Below, piece after piece: positions 49,760 to 63,200 of a stretch of 64,000 bases of DNA. This DNA is from Macrostomum lignano (taxonomy: Eukaryota): the NCBI GenBank assembly GCA_002269645.1, contig NIVC01002338.1, forward strand, positions 63,967 to 127,966, given 5' to 3'. The notes under the pieces are model-generated. The model worked only from the letters and a program-made list of their open reading frames with translations. It made no database searches and was not told where the DNA came from. The translations under genes were made by a program, and so were the position numbers. Every line of letters begins with the position of its first letter. Position 1 is the stretch's first letter.

Positions 49760-50095
49760 GTGTTTTTTAAAACGATTAACAGTCAGGCCCGGTCTGAACT
49801 GGGGCTAACCAAAAATCGATAATGTTCAACCAGACCAAACCCACTGCAAGGCTATTATTAATTTAAACGTTAATCTCATAAAAAAGAGCCTAGGCGGGGA
49901 CACGGTGGGCGGCCGACGTTTTTTTAAAACGATTAAAAGTCAGGCCCGGTCTGAACTGCAGGGCTAACCAAAAATCGATAATGTTCAACCAGACCAAACC
50001 CAGTGCAAGGCTATTATTAATTTAAACGTTAATGCCATAAAAAAGAGCCTAGGCGGGGGGACGGTGGGCGGCCGACGTTTTTTTAAAACGATTAA
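49760..50095 (+). repeat. ~157-159-bp tandem repeat, 2 full copies plus a partial one
   Basis: ttttaaaacgattaa..gtcaggcccggtctgaac...aaaaagagcctaggcgggg; aacgatt at 49771, 49928, 50087. Confidence 0.85.
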
Positions 50096-51604
50096 GTCTG
50101 GGGCCCCACCGGAGAGCTTGACTAGCCAATCGATAATAGCGTTTAACCGCCCTTACGATGCAGTAGAGTAACTTCGTTATTACTAATTGTTATGTTAAAT
50201 CTTTTCAGCTAAAAAAGCGGATTTGGGATGTCATTTAGATAATCTTTGAAAAAATCAATTAAAAGCAACAATGCTCTCACATATCAAATATTTTTACAAT
50301 GACATGGCAAAAGCCAAGAAACTGAAAATCAAAAACATTTATCCAATTTACCCACACTGGCTAGGCACGGACATGCAGAGAATCAATTTGTTTGTAAAAT
50401 TCAATATATTTTTGCTAGAAAAAAGTCATTCGAACACTTGATATGCATAAGCGGCTGCCAATTACCCATCCATAATAAATAAAAACTCAATAGATTGGTT
50501 CTACTTAAACAATAGCCCCTTTGGATGCCTACCGCCTACGTTTCGTAGCTAAAATTCCATACGTTATTCATTGATTATTGTTGTCCTGTATAGAACTTTA
50601 CATGCTGTACAAATGTTAAAACGTTTTACCTAAAAGTTTCGTTTCTTTAAAGCCGCAACTCGCAAGTATATATTTATTTAGCTTCGCAGTGTTAGCATAT
50701 ATTTGGTATTTTTAGTACATTTTATTGACAGAAAACTTACTGCTTGTTTTTGATTAGAAGGTTTCAAATTTAACAGTCGTTGATATGTTGTTTGTTAAAT
50801 ATAATCTAATAACCATGACCATCACGTGTTCGACCCTAAAACAGTTGATATCTGATGCTTTTTTCTTGCAGTTATTTTTCCATTAGTGAAAATGATTAAA
50901 GCTTTTCATGCAAATCGTAGAGTAGATAGTTGTTTACCGTTAGTAAAGTGAATAAAACGCTCAAATACAAAATCTTTGATAAGTGGCCACTGGAGAAAAA
51001 AGTAATCTAAAAAACGGATAATATTTTACTTTTTTGAATCAGGATTTAAAAATACTGCACCAGTACTTCAATCGTTACAAGTGTATATGTGGGATACAAC
51101 AAAAGCACAAACTAATTCTGCTCAAGTTTGACTTTTGGAAAAAAATTGGCAGGAACAAGTCGGCGCATTTAAGGTCGTATTAACGATTTACAAGTGTATA
51201 TGTCATTTTACGCAAGCCACTACTAGCTATTTTGAGCTTAGCAAAGGAAAGTAAAATCCGGAGAGAGAACAATTGACTGCTTCACTGCTACTGCTAGTGA
51301 CAATTCACAGAAAAATCAACCAAAAATCTATTAAAGAAAAAAATATTTGTGCTCATGGGGAGCTCGGCTGTACATTTGCATCGACTGGGGAGACTGTGGG
51401 GGTCTCTGCCTTCATAGCGAAGACTTCTTTAAAATTTTGTTCTTTTCTACTGCATTGTTAGTCGTAAAAAGAGAAAGGTGTTCTGCATTTTTCGTCATAA
51501 AACTTTATGACAGTGCTGTAGTTCTGGAATGGTGAAGCGACTCAAGCCTCATCTGCTTTAGATATACTGAAGTGTGTCAGTAAAAATTAATAAATTGGCT
51601 GTAA

Positions 51605-54600
51605 CCCAGTGAAAAAAATGATATGGATTCCATGTGGATTTTTCATATGAAATCCATATGTGCATTTGTCTCCGTCCATCCATGTGGAATCAAGATATGG
51701 ATTCCACATGGAAGATCCACATGGAAGTAATTATGTATTTCACATAGAATCCACATTGTCATTGAGTAAGCAGCCATTATACTGGTTGCCATAATAAATT
51801 GTTGCATCCTAAATCTCAAAATAATACCAGATCTCAAAATTTCATACAAACCCCAGATCTCAATACCATATAAAAGAAACTGAAACACAGATAAAACATT
51901 AGCTATAGCCAAAAATATTTCTGCACAAAAATATATTCAAAAAGGATGTATCAATAAGTAAGGTGTATTTATGTACAGTAGTGAGTCACTAGCACACAAA
52001 GAATAAACACACTGATGTAGATATTGATATCTTTAGAGTTGCGCTGCGCATATGATATAATATATAATTTGAAATTGACATTGTCAATAGCATTAATTAA
52101 TTAACAATAATATAATGCACCAGAATTAGAACAGTCAGAAACATGCTGCTGCCAATTGCCAGAATGCTGCTTCTTCAGGTCAGGTGAGAAACCTTAGAAA
52201 AGAAAGGGGTTAAATTACAGAATTTTATAACAGATTGATGATAGATTTTGATAGATTTTGATCTTATAACAGATTTTGATGACAGAAAAAATCAGTTTAT
52301 AACTAAAACTTACCATTGCTTCACAAAAGGTAGCATTCGAGATATTAAATTCCAATTCCAAGTAGCTTTGCATGCTTCTTCAAAGGCAAGACCAAGGTGA
52401 CATCCAAGTTTGAGGATGGGCCATGTAATGTTAGGCATGCATGAAATAGAAAAATAATTGTTGCCAATTAAGATTGATAGATAATATTGATATAATTCAT
52501 AAAACTAATTTAAGGATGAATACTTAATAAAGTTTATTTTAAAATTAACTAGGCCTAAGTCCTAGGTTTATTTTTTAAGCGCAAAGTGTGCATATGCCTT
52601 TGCCAGGGGTTAGCAAAATAGGCAGCAATGCCTCCTCGCTGTTTCCGGATGCACAGAGCCCCCTGCAGCTAAGTCAAGTAAGTCAAGTGCACCCTAAATC
52701 TTAAAATTGTACCTTGAAAACTGAAATTAAAAAGTTGATACAGTTTAGGTGCAATCTCATTACCTATTTTTATGTTGAAGCCTTATTTGCATTGCCTTTA
52801 TATAAGAAAAAAAAGAAACTGCATTCTAAGCCTTAAAATCATAAAACCCTAAAAGTGAGCATAGGGTATGATTTTGCACCTTGTCTCTAGCAAAAAAGAA
52901 AAACCCTACCTAAATCAATCAATAAAATAAAATTAATAAAATTAAAATAATAAGTATAAAAATAATTAATACATGTTTCTATAAATATAATTTTTTATTT
53001 TAAAATTGATTTTAGACTATAAAGTATTTAGGCAAAGCAATGCATGTTTCTTATATTTGCTGGCCTAGTATGATTAAAAGGGGGGCCGTAGCCAAGTGGT
53101 AGCGCAGCTGCTCTAGTGTGCCAGCGACCCAAGCTCGAATCCAAGTGCAGTAATATTAATTTGGGGCTGAATTGGAATCTCAGCTTGGCTCTCTGCTCAT
53201 GCAATTAATGGCCTTGAGAGCCAACCCCCCAAGGCACAGTGAAGTATACATGCCTAACGATAAACAAAGCTAGGGCCGCTGTACATTCCTGTGTGAGTGT
53301 GCTTGCATACATATCCAAATACTTGTGTGCCTGCTCAGGGGAGTCGGCGGAATGGGCAGCAATGCCTCTTGCCAGTTGTGTGCCTATGTCGCTTAAAGTG
53401 CGCCAGGGTGCACACAACCCGCCTGCCTCTAATAAAAAAATAGTATAATTAAACATTAGGCCTAGGCCTAACCTAAGCCTAAATAGCTATGCCCTATGGC
53501 TTAAAATTAAATTCTGGACTTGGCCTAAATCAGATCAAATTTACAATAATCATTCTTTATTTTTATTAGCAACCTTAGGGATCTGCTAGGCTAGCTATGC
53601 CAAAAGCAAGTTGCAAGTGTAATTGCAAAGAATTATTTATTATAATTAATAATATTGTTTTTAAAAATGCAACAAGTCCAAAAGATGCTAACAGACTTTT
53701 TTGAAGAAAATCATAAATTAATTGATTTTTAACATATTAACTAGATTGACTAGTCACAATTCACAAAGTCAAGCTAGTCCTAACCTTAATTAAAATAGAA
53801 GGACCTAAATTGATAGTTATAGCAGGCCTAGCTTAAAATACACCTATTAAGCATACATATAAATAGATAGGACTAATAGGTAGGACTAAGAGGAAATTAT
53901 GAACTTCTAAAGGCCTATTTAAGTTAAAAAAATGAGTAGCCAATCTATGGACATGGCCATGGGATTCCTAGAAATTGGAGGCCTAGGCCTAAATAAATTT
54001 ATCATGGATTTTACCAAAAGTATTAGGCCAATCTATGATAAAATACTGATTTATCTAATTTCTAATCTCATGGAGGCTATGGCCTGATAAGTTATTGCCT
54101 ATAGGCTAGGTCTACTAAAATTTTTAAGGTGCTTAAATAGCCATAAACAAGGCAATTTATATTTCAAGGCCTTGAATCAAAACATTGACGAATATAAAAT
54201 AAAATAAATTTAATTTTAAAAAGCACGAAGCGTTTTTTATTGTTCACTTCTATTTTGTCTATTTTAACAAACAGTGTCTTATTTGCTGATTAAAATTTAG
54301 CTTTAAGATATTAATTCTTACTTAAAAACATATAAATATAATAATTAATTATAGTAATTTCCTAAAAATGTCTGAATGTGGTGTATCACAGTTTTTTACC
54401 GAAGTGGATTCCATGTTGAATCAATATACGCTTATTTCTCATGAATTCCTTGTAAAATCCACATCAACATTAGGACAGTAAAAATAAAAAAATAATGCAT
54501 AAAAAATACTTTGCATACCATTATGTCATCTTTAAGTTAATAATTTGCAAAAAATAAAGAAACATTTAAATTCCACATGGCCACGTGGAACCCACGTGGA

Positions 54601-54624
54601 ATCCATGAATCATTTTTCACTGGG
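51605..54624. mobile_element. Non-autonomous CMC/EnSpm-like TIR element, ~3.0 kb
   Basis: Termini cccagtgaaaaa(aa)tgat...tggattcca(t/c)gtgg inverted; subterminal ccacatgga/ccacgtgga repeats at both ends; flanked by aa/aa (2-bp TSD, weak on its own). Confidence 0.7.
53081..53150 (+). mobile_element. tRNA-derived SINE head or tRNA pseudogene
   Basis: A-box TAGCCAAGTGG; B-box-like GCTCGAATCC (1 mismatch); no complete cloverleaf. Confidence 0.55.
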
Positions 54625-55148
54625 AAGCAACACACACTGAACCAGTGCAAATGGCTAGCCACATAATTCTGAGTAGTGACACAGTTGAATTGAGCATTTG
54701 CTGCAGCCACTATAGCAAGAGCGCCTCTGTTGCCATCAGTTTTTACTGCTCATGTTGGCTCAGCTTTGACAAACAAATTGACAAACCCCGCCTATGGAAT
54801 GACTCTCTCAAGTCTCTTAACTGCATGGCTCTGCATTATCTGTCGCTCTTGACACAGAAGCATTTCAAAAAGCCAGCCAACCATGCAGACTCGCTACAGT
54901 GTAGAATGAACTCCAGCAGCAAGCAAAACAAATTCCAGCTACCTCTTGCTTCGCAGCCTCCCTGAAAGAAGAAAAACATTCTTATATATTATAAATGCAA
55001 CAGGCTTGGAATGTTTGAAATGTGAAGCATCATTCCACAGTGAATCTTGGATAGCTTGATTTCCGGAGTTGACAGCATATTGTTGAGTTAAAAATCAAAA
55101 TTCAGCTCGTATTTAGGATTAGAGGATTACAGTTATTATTTTGTTGAA

Positions 55149-56006
55149 ATGAATTTGTTTGTGAAACATTCAAATAAAACTAAGGGCGCATCGAGCGAGT
55201 CGCTACAGCCTGCTTCAAGTGAAACGGTACGTGTACTACATGCATGCATAAAGTGTGGCTATAAATGCATGGACATCCGACTGTTCAAGCAAAATCAGCC
55301 GCCGCTTCATCCACAGCACCGTCACCTGCAGCGGCCTAACCAGGACCAGCACCAAAAAACCAGACAACAACAGCAACCCAACCAGCTCCAGCAATTCAAG
55401 CAGTGCCTCACCCAGCAGCAGCGGCTCAACCAGCCGGCGGCTGCGACGCATCCGTTACGTCCCGCAGCGTCTCTCGGCACCTGCTGCAGTCGCGAAGACT
55501 CAGGCCTTGGCATTGATTTACAGATCGAGCAGCAGATGCAGCAGCAGACGCTCCTGCAGAACCCACACCGCCGTCCGTGCCGCGGCCTCGCCTTTACAGT
55601 CGTATTCGCCTATTCGCCGTCGCCCAATAGCCCGGACGAGCTGGCCCTGTCAGCCGAAGAGAAAGTCCTGGCCATCGACTGCAGCGAGCGTCGGCCAGAT
55701 TGGCTGCGGGTCCGCCGCCTTAGCGACGGTGTGGAAGGATTCGCTCCAACCGCATTCCTGCTATGCGACGCAGACGGCCAGCCGGCCTTCCAGCGCTGTC
55801 TGGACAGCGGCTGCTGTCGAAAAAAGCGCTCGCCGCCTCCGCCACCGCCGCCGCCGTCGCTGGGTAGCTGCGGTCAGCTGACAAGAGCTTCGTCCGGTGG
55901 TGCTAATCAGTTTATCGCAGCCGAAGAATGCGATGCGTACAACGGCAACGGCAGCGGCGCCTGCGGACTGCAGCTTTCGCAATCAATTCGGTGGACTGCG
56001 TTCTAA
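55149..56006 (+). CDS. Gln-rich single-SH3-domain protein with polyproline tract, 285 aa; start uncertain
   Basis: FTVVFAYSPSPNSPDELAL...PDWLRVRRLSDGVEGFAPTAFL fits the SH3 consensus; followed by KKRSPPPPPPPP. Confidence 0.75.
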   Translation: MNLFVKHSNKTKGASSESLQPASSETVRVLHACIKCGYKCMDIRLFKQNQPPLHPQHRHLQRPNQDQHQKTRQQQQPNQLQQFKQCLTQQQRLNQPAAATHPLRPAASLGTCCSREDSGLGIDLQIEQQMQQQTLLQNPHRRPCRGLAFTVVFAYSPSPNSPDELALSAEEKVLAIDCSERRPDWLRVRRLSDGVEGFAPTAFLLCDADGQPAFQRCLDSGCCRKKRSPPPPPPPPSLGSCGQLTRASSGGANQFIAAEECDAYNGNGSGACGLQLSQSIRWTAF

Positions 56007-58090
56007 ATGCTTGTAATCTTCTGACGCTTGCATTCAGCATCAGCATCTTTGTTTTTGTAAGGTTTGCACACATGGGTATTTACCTACGAGCTATAGCTAC
56101 GCGAAAGATACGCGTGCATGTAATTTATCTTCACAAGCGTCCTCTATGCTATACGTTATTTACATGCACGTTTATGATATAATGGCTACTATGCTGAGTA
56201 AATAATTAGGAATTACTTAGATTGGGGAGGCTTTCTTTGTTTAGCTGGTAAGCTTTCCTGTTTTCTCACGACGGTCCATTCTACACAGGTACGAGCGTAG
56301 TTTTTTTTTTGCTTTTTTCGCGTCTGCTTCTCATTTGAATTTATGCAGTTGAGAAATACATTGGATCCTAAGGAGACAAAAGTGCTTGACACATTCAAAC
56401 TTGACACTTAAGAGAGGGGCTTTGACCTCAGTTGACTTCTCTATCCGGGTTCGAGTCCATGCTCGACTATATTGATTCGCACAAAATCTTACAGGGAGGC
56501 CATTTTGATTTTCAGCAGTTCAAGCAACCCCAAAAAAACATTACTCAGCAACATGTAAAAGATTCAACCCCGAAACCAGTTCCGAGAGGACTGAGAATTG
56601 AGAGCGGCAGCTTATAGTGTAGCATGTGAAAAGACAAAACAGCATTAAGTCGCATGGTATTGTAGGACACATAATGTGTAGAACACAAAAACATAATTAC
56701 AAAAAGTAATTATATGAGCTCTACTGTCACAACAATACAGTCAGTAAGTAGTGAGTAGCGTAGTTCGCGAATTTCTGTACAGAAGTATTATGCAGTCACA
56801 CGACATTACTTCGATCGAAGCAGCTAAAAAGATTGAAGAAAAATAAATTCATTCAGGCTTTCTGTAGGAGCAAAACATACAAGCGGCGAACTAATAGTAG
56901 TATCATAAGAACATTTAATCAATTTGTAGTGGATTAATACTCATACTATTACAGAATCAATTAGCTATATACTTACATCGGTACGTTGATAAAAATACAA
57001 TTTTTTTAAGTTGCGTGCAAAAATATAGTTTCATAAAATCATTGTAGCTTAAATACTTTAAAAAAATTGCATTAGTATTATGTCAACTATATGAATTCGT
57101 CACATGCAGACGCGTCTTCTTTTTGTCGATCCAAATTATTCATCTTAATTTTTGTCCCGGTTCAGCTTCATTCTATAAAGAAACGGAAGTTTAGAGGACC
57201 AACCACATTTAAATTATCTGTTTTTGACATGACTAGATAATATCCCGCAGAAAGAAGTATATGATCACCGAGCTTACCTTGAAAAGTGATCCTTACAATC
57301 CTAACAATCAAAATTTTAACATGCAAAAGTATAGCTAAATATATAGCTTTGGCTAGCTCTGATGGACAGCTTTGGCACCCTACTAGGAACTCTACTGGGT
57401 TATATATAGCTGGTAGCTATGCACCCATCAACCTTGGTTGGAATTGCGAAGCGATATCTGAAGGGTCACACGGTGATTTAAAACGTATAGTATAGCTATA
57501 TGCCTACACCTAGCTGTGTATCAACTCATACGAGTATAGCGTCCCGATTAACAGGCTGCAGTTGCGAGTTTAAACGCTTCAGAGAAACTTTGCCGCTGAT
57601 AACAGAGAACGGCAGGTCAAAGTCATTTTATATCATAAAATGCAACAAGTGTGCACGTAGCTGATTAACGGCAAGCCATGATCCCTTCAAGCCTTCTCTA
57701 ACTGTACAAATCTCTACGCATGTAGTATAATAATATAATCAGCAAGTGATACATGCACACTTGTTTGTACGCCCAATGTCCACCCTGAGAATGAATAGGC
57801 AAAAAGTGGATGATTCATTTATCGAACAATTCTAAGAAACAACAAACCGCGTTTATTTCATTGAATTTTGAATTGAAAAACTCGGAATTTGACGTCGCTT
57901 TTCGTTTTGACGCTAAGTCGTTTAAGCATTTAAGAGCACACGTACCAATGCTCGAAAATATTGATATACACTCAGCAACATTTTAAAGTTTCCACCCAAA
58001 CACAAGTGGTCAACTTTTCTCAGATCTCAGACTTAAGTGACGCAATTTACGCGATGGCTTCGTCTCAACTGTGGGTGATGCAATATGCGT

Positions 58091-59501
58091 CACATGGAGC
58101 ACGAGGGGTCTACGAAGTTTGCCTGCCGGACGTTTGCCAGCCGACGTTTGCCTGCGGGACGTTTGCCAGCCGACGTTTGCCAGCGGGACATTTGCCAGCC
58201 GACGTTTGCCAACCGGACATTTGCAGGCGGCAATTGGTTAAAGAAGTAATGCCCTCTCTAGGCTTACATGTACTTGCGTTTGAAAACTGAGGACATAGCA
58301 CTAATCTAATTCCACCTTGCTCCCTACAACTGCTATTAAATATACAGGTTTACTAACAAACTACTGTCCAGGCTTATTGAAGTAATTGATCTTGTCTGCC
58401 TAAATAGAAAGCTAAAAATACAAAATAGGAGTTTCCAATGTCACAATTGATGTCTATGTATGCCATGGAATGGCCCTTTCCATCTCAAGTGGCCAACCAA
58501 GCTAAGTGTTTACAAGCTAAATGGGAAAAGACTGAGACATCCATAATGGTATAGGCTTAGTCTCGCCTATATATACTTAACTCAAAAGCCAAACTCTGCT
58601 TAATGGAGTTTGGCCATGACAGCGTGCACTTGACAAGCTGCATTGGAATTAATTCACTTACTTTTGGATCTCCCAATGAACTGGGAAATGGGAATAGAAA
58701 CTGGGAAAAGCGATACAAAGCTGTCAGAAGTAAACTTTATAATATTTTCACATCCAAAGAACTTTTTGTTAAACTAGATGTTAGATTGATGAACTGCATG
58801 ATTTGTATAGATTTCGTTTTCGAACTTTTACACATGCGAAGAACCGCCAAAAGTTGGGCTAAAAAACAAACTGCGAAAATTTCAGTATCAAATTTTTTCA
58901 CTCACTGACTTAATGTTGGCTGGCAAACGTCGGCTGGCAAACGTCGGCTGGCAAACGTCCCGCAGGCAAACGTCCCGCAGGCAAACGTCCCGCAGGCAAA
59001 CGTCCCGCAGGCAAACGTCCCGCAGGCAAACGTCCCGCAGGCAAACGTCCCGCAGGCAAACGTCGCGCAGGCAAACGTCGCGCAGGCAAACGTCGTTATC
59101 CCAGCACGAGAATTGTCCGCAGACGAATTGCCCGCCGAGATTTGCCCGCAATGCTTTTTTCTGCAGAGCATTTGGCCACGCAGCAGCAAATTCTGTCTGC
59201 ATTGCAACCCCCCTCTAATGCTAGTACCGCGTAAGTCTTAATAAAGAGATTTTGGCGACAAAGCGCCACGGCATATGCATGAATTAATAGCTCACCGATG
59301 TACTCCTGCATGTATTAGAACTGAATACCTACAAAAATATGAATTGGATATGCAGTTACTATCAAAACGTTTTGATCGGCTAAATCTATTACTTACTTAA
59401 GCATTAGGGAGGCAATGCAGACAGAATCTAGCTGCCAAATGCGCTGCAGGAAAAATGCATTTGCTGGCAAATCTTAGCAGAAAATTCTCCAGCGTCACGT
59501 G
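58091..59501. mobile_element. Older TIR element (host) interrupted in its left TIR by the 58106 element
   Basis: 58091-58105 plus 59111-59220 align with the reverse complement of ~59400-59501 (agatttgcc.gcaa.tgc.ttttt.ctgcag.gcatttggc...ttctgtctgcattgc); related degenerate sequence at ~44930-45030. Confidence 0.65.
58106..59102. mobile_element. 997-bp foldback-like TIR element with inverted 14-15-bp subterminal tandem repeats and 8-bp TSD
   Basis: Left gggtctacgaagtttgcc + (gacgtttgcc...)n to ~58225; right (ggcaaacgtcccgca)n 58915-59094 + gttatccc; exact TSD agcacgag at 58098-58105 and 59103-59110. Confidence 0.88.
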
Positions 59502-59946
59502 GCTGGACTTCGATATTAGCTAACTGCATGAAACATGAAGCGTAAACCAATTCTTTATTGCATCTAAGTACATGTACCCATCATAGGTATCCGCGTATTT
59601 ATAATAGAAAAAATGATCTAAGGCATTAAAAAGCTCAATTGTATTGTTTTGCATTTATTATATTGCAACGAAAAATTAGCCTCAAACCGCAGTCTAGAGA
59701 CGAGTCAAAAGGAATATTAGACAAGCGTCGCAGTTTATTAAGGGGGAAAACTTATGGGAATTGGCAGCAAAGCATTAAATATAGATAGGAACATGAAAAT
59801 ACCTTTGAAAAAAAACTACGCTCGTAAATAAACCCGGTAAAATTACGAAATAAATAGAGGAAACTAAAAAGCCAAAAGAGAAAATTTCCAGTTTTTATGA
59901 TTTTTGAGTCGTCAACTATAAACCGTCTCCAGTAAAGGTTAATCAT

Positions 59947-60215
59947 TCAGCATTGCGGAATTTTGCAATACTCCCACTTCTTACTCGTAGTAGTATAACA
60001 CCACGGCTTTTTGGCTGAATCGCCGGGAACAATCCGACAGGTGTTGCCAATCTTTTTAGCACGCTTCACTGCGCTGCTAGGCTCGTGGCAGGTTTTGCCG
60101 CTGGTGCCAGATGGGCAGGTGCGAATCTCCCATGACTGACAGGTCTTGCCACTCTCCGTCACGCTGATGCCCGAGACGTAATCTGTGCTGCCAAGTCTGT
60201 AGCACTCCTTCAGTT
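59947..60215 (-). CDS. Terminal exon: kringle domain 2
   Basis: tacag acceptor; ECYRLGSTDY...SGKTCQSW...NTCRIVPGDSAKKPWCYTTTSKKWEYCKIPQC*. Confidence 0.88.
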
Positions 60216-63200
60216 CTGTAATATTATAGCGCATGAATCCACGGTGGTAGTTTTCAAAAACAATTATGAGAACGAATCTAGCATAGAGTTTTCCATAATT
60301 TACCATAGAGTTTACCGTACAGTTTACAATACAGTTTACCATAAGGTTTACCATAGAGTTTACCATATAGAGTTTACCATAGAGTTCGCCATACAGTTTA
60401 CCATACAGTTTACCATACAGTTTACCATACAGTTTACCATACAGTTTACCATACAGTTTATCATAAAGTTTACCATAGAGTTTAAAATACAGTTTACCAT
60501 ACAGTTTACCATAGAGTTCATCATAGAGTTCGCCATAGAGTTTACCATCATAGAGTTTACCATAGAGTTTACCATAGAGTTTACCATAGAGTTTACCATA
60601 GAGTTTACCCTAGAGTTTACCCTAGAGTTTACCATAGAGTTTACCCTAGAGTTTACCATAAGAGTTCATCATAGAGTTCACTATAGAATTCATCATAGAG
60701 TCTTACGCTCATTCCCTACGCATTGCAGAAAATGGTGTCTCGGGCAATTGTTGTGCTACCATTTAGGCTCATATAGTTTTTACTTTTTCAAACAACAAAC
60801 AAGGTGCGAGCTTCCCAAAGCACTTAATTCTCACACAATTTCGGCATAGGTTCCGTTTAGTGCAATAAATTTTAATAATCATTGCTAAATATTAAAATTG
60901 AATCAATTCTAAACTACAAACCTTAACATCATAAAAATCCAGACAGTGGGTTTTCATTAGTCACGCAAAATAGAACATTGCGGAACACGCCTTCCTGTTG
61001 TTTTTCCTCTATAATTAGCCTGCAGTGTAATCAATATTCAAGCAACTCACTTTTTCCGCATCTAGGAATCGAGCAGTGAGACCATTTCGTAGCTGTTTTT
61101 GTGTAACACCATGGCTTCTTTTCTCCTTCTTTGGCGATAATTCGACACGTGTTGCCCGTTGCTTGAGCCTCACGCACCTTTTTGTTTGGCGTATGACAAC
61201 TTACTCCTTCGGTGTATTTGGAGCAGCTCTTCACGCTCCAAGACTGGCACGGCCCAGCATAAGCACGGTTTACCTTTGTGCTAACAAAGTCTTTACCAGG
61301 ATAGTAGCACTCGCCGAACTCTGAAAGTTTTGGTATTTATATATTTAGAATAATAAGTGTATTGAACTTTATAGGGCTTGACTAACTTCGAATCAGAATG
61401 AAGTAAAAAAGCTCACTAAAACACTTTCTCCTGTCCTGGCTCAGCGCGATAGAACCGGCTGGACACTTGTGACACGCAGAGCGGGCCGCATTAGTGACAT
61501 AATCAGACGATGGACATTTTTTGCACTGGGTGCTGCCAGACTTAGATGAATAAGTACCAGGTCCGCAATACCGGCACGAGGTCGATCCGCGTGTTTTCTC
61601 ACTCCTTTGTCCAGCAGGGCAAGGCTTGCAGTAAGCCTGACCCGGCTTATCAGAATAGTAGCCAGGGGCGCATTGGGAGCCAGGAGATGTTGATTCCACA
61701 CGGTTGATGTAATAGCCTCGCCGAGCGGGAATGCATGAAGTTGCATAATGATTAGGTTGATAATAGCCTTTTGGGCATGGGGTGCAGCTCAAACTTCCAT
61801 ATTTTCCTGAGTAGGAACCCCATGAGCAACCTGTGCAACCAAGACCTGTTCCCGAGCCATAGGTACCTGGACGGCACTTGTGGCAAGATCTGCGGTCGGA
61901 AGCAGCCGTGTAACCGGCAGAGCAAGGCGTGTCCTTCACCGCTCCTTCCTGATTAACATAATGATGGTATCTCGCTTTTTTGCAACTCGATTGGCCTGTC
62001 GAAGGCTGGAAGTAGCCGCGCGAGCATTTTTTACAAGCGGTCGAGCCGGTGGATGACGCATAGCTTCCAGGAGAGCACGGGCGGCATTTTATGCTTCCTG
62101 TTTTAGCGGTAAATGATCCTGCTGCGCATTTAGACGGTTTAGTGGCCCCATCCTTCGACACGTAGTGACCAATCGGTGCTGAAATGCACGAAGTTCGACC
62201 CGACTTTGACTGGTAGGTGCCTTTTTTGCACTTCGAACAAGCGGAAGAGCCCACACTGTCGCCGTACGTGCCTGGAGGACACGGCCTGCACGGCTCACCC
62301 TTTCGAGGGCTAAATTTGCCTTTCGTGCAACTGTTATTGCAAGTCATCGAGCCCTTGGCACTGGACGTCCCGGCCGGACACTTTGAGCAAATTGATTGAC
62401 CTTTTTTGTCTGCGAAATATCCTTTCGAACAGGGGGTGCACTTTGCCAGGCCAGTGACTTTCCCAAAGCTGCCAAAAGAGCATGGCAAGCAGGATGATTG
62501 GCCTAAACTATCGGAATAGTGCCCGACAGGGCATTTTGTGCAGCTCACCGCACCGTCGCTTGAATAGGTTCCGAGTGCGCAGCGCTGGCATTTCGACTGG
62601 CCAAGCTTGTCGTTGAAGGTTCCGGCTTCACAGGCTACGCAGCTTTTGGCTCCAGCGTCGCTTATTTTTCCTTTGGGACACGGACTGCATTTTTGGTTTC
62701 CGTCGCCACTCTTGAAGGTTCCTGCCGGACACTTCTCGCACAGACCAGTCGGCTTAGCCTTAGTCTTCTTAGTCGCAGTCTTAGACGATTTCAAGGTGGT
62801 TCCAGGCGGACATTCTGCGAAACACTCCGTCACTTTCAACTTTCCGCTGCCAGTCTCCACTCGCACGTGCTTGCACCGGCGGCACGACTTGTTGTCTCTG
62901 GCTACATCGCACTGATCGCACTCCGAATGGCACGCGAGAACGCAGTGCCCGTCTACATTGATGTAGTTTTTGCTCAAACATTTCACCTGGGGCAACATTC
63001 GCGGTTAGACGGATGTCCATTAATGACACAGGCTTGCGACCGGACCCGAATGTATAAAATGACAACGGCTGAATTGGCTGTCGGGTGCAAATGTATAACC
63101 CGAATACACGGTGCCGACCTCGCTCACGGGATCTGCCTTTCCGTACTGCATCGTTACTCTGTCCTTCTTCTGCACGACACAGACGAAGAATGATTGAAAG

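Noticed and set aside
53205-53456. ORF vaguely like the C-terminus of REL-type non-LTR elements
   Set aside because: Resemblance is from memory only; no catalytic motif can be verified.
56440-56465. B-box-like GGTTCGAGTCC
   Set aside because: No convincing A-box or cloverleaf.
60244-60849. 201-aa FTIE-repeat ORF
   Set aside because: Translation of the 12-bp intronic minisatellite on the antisense strand.
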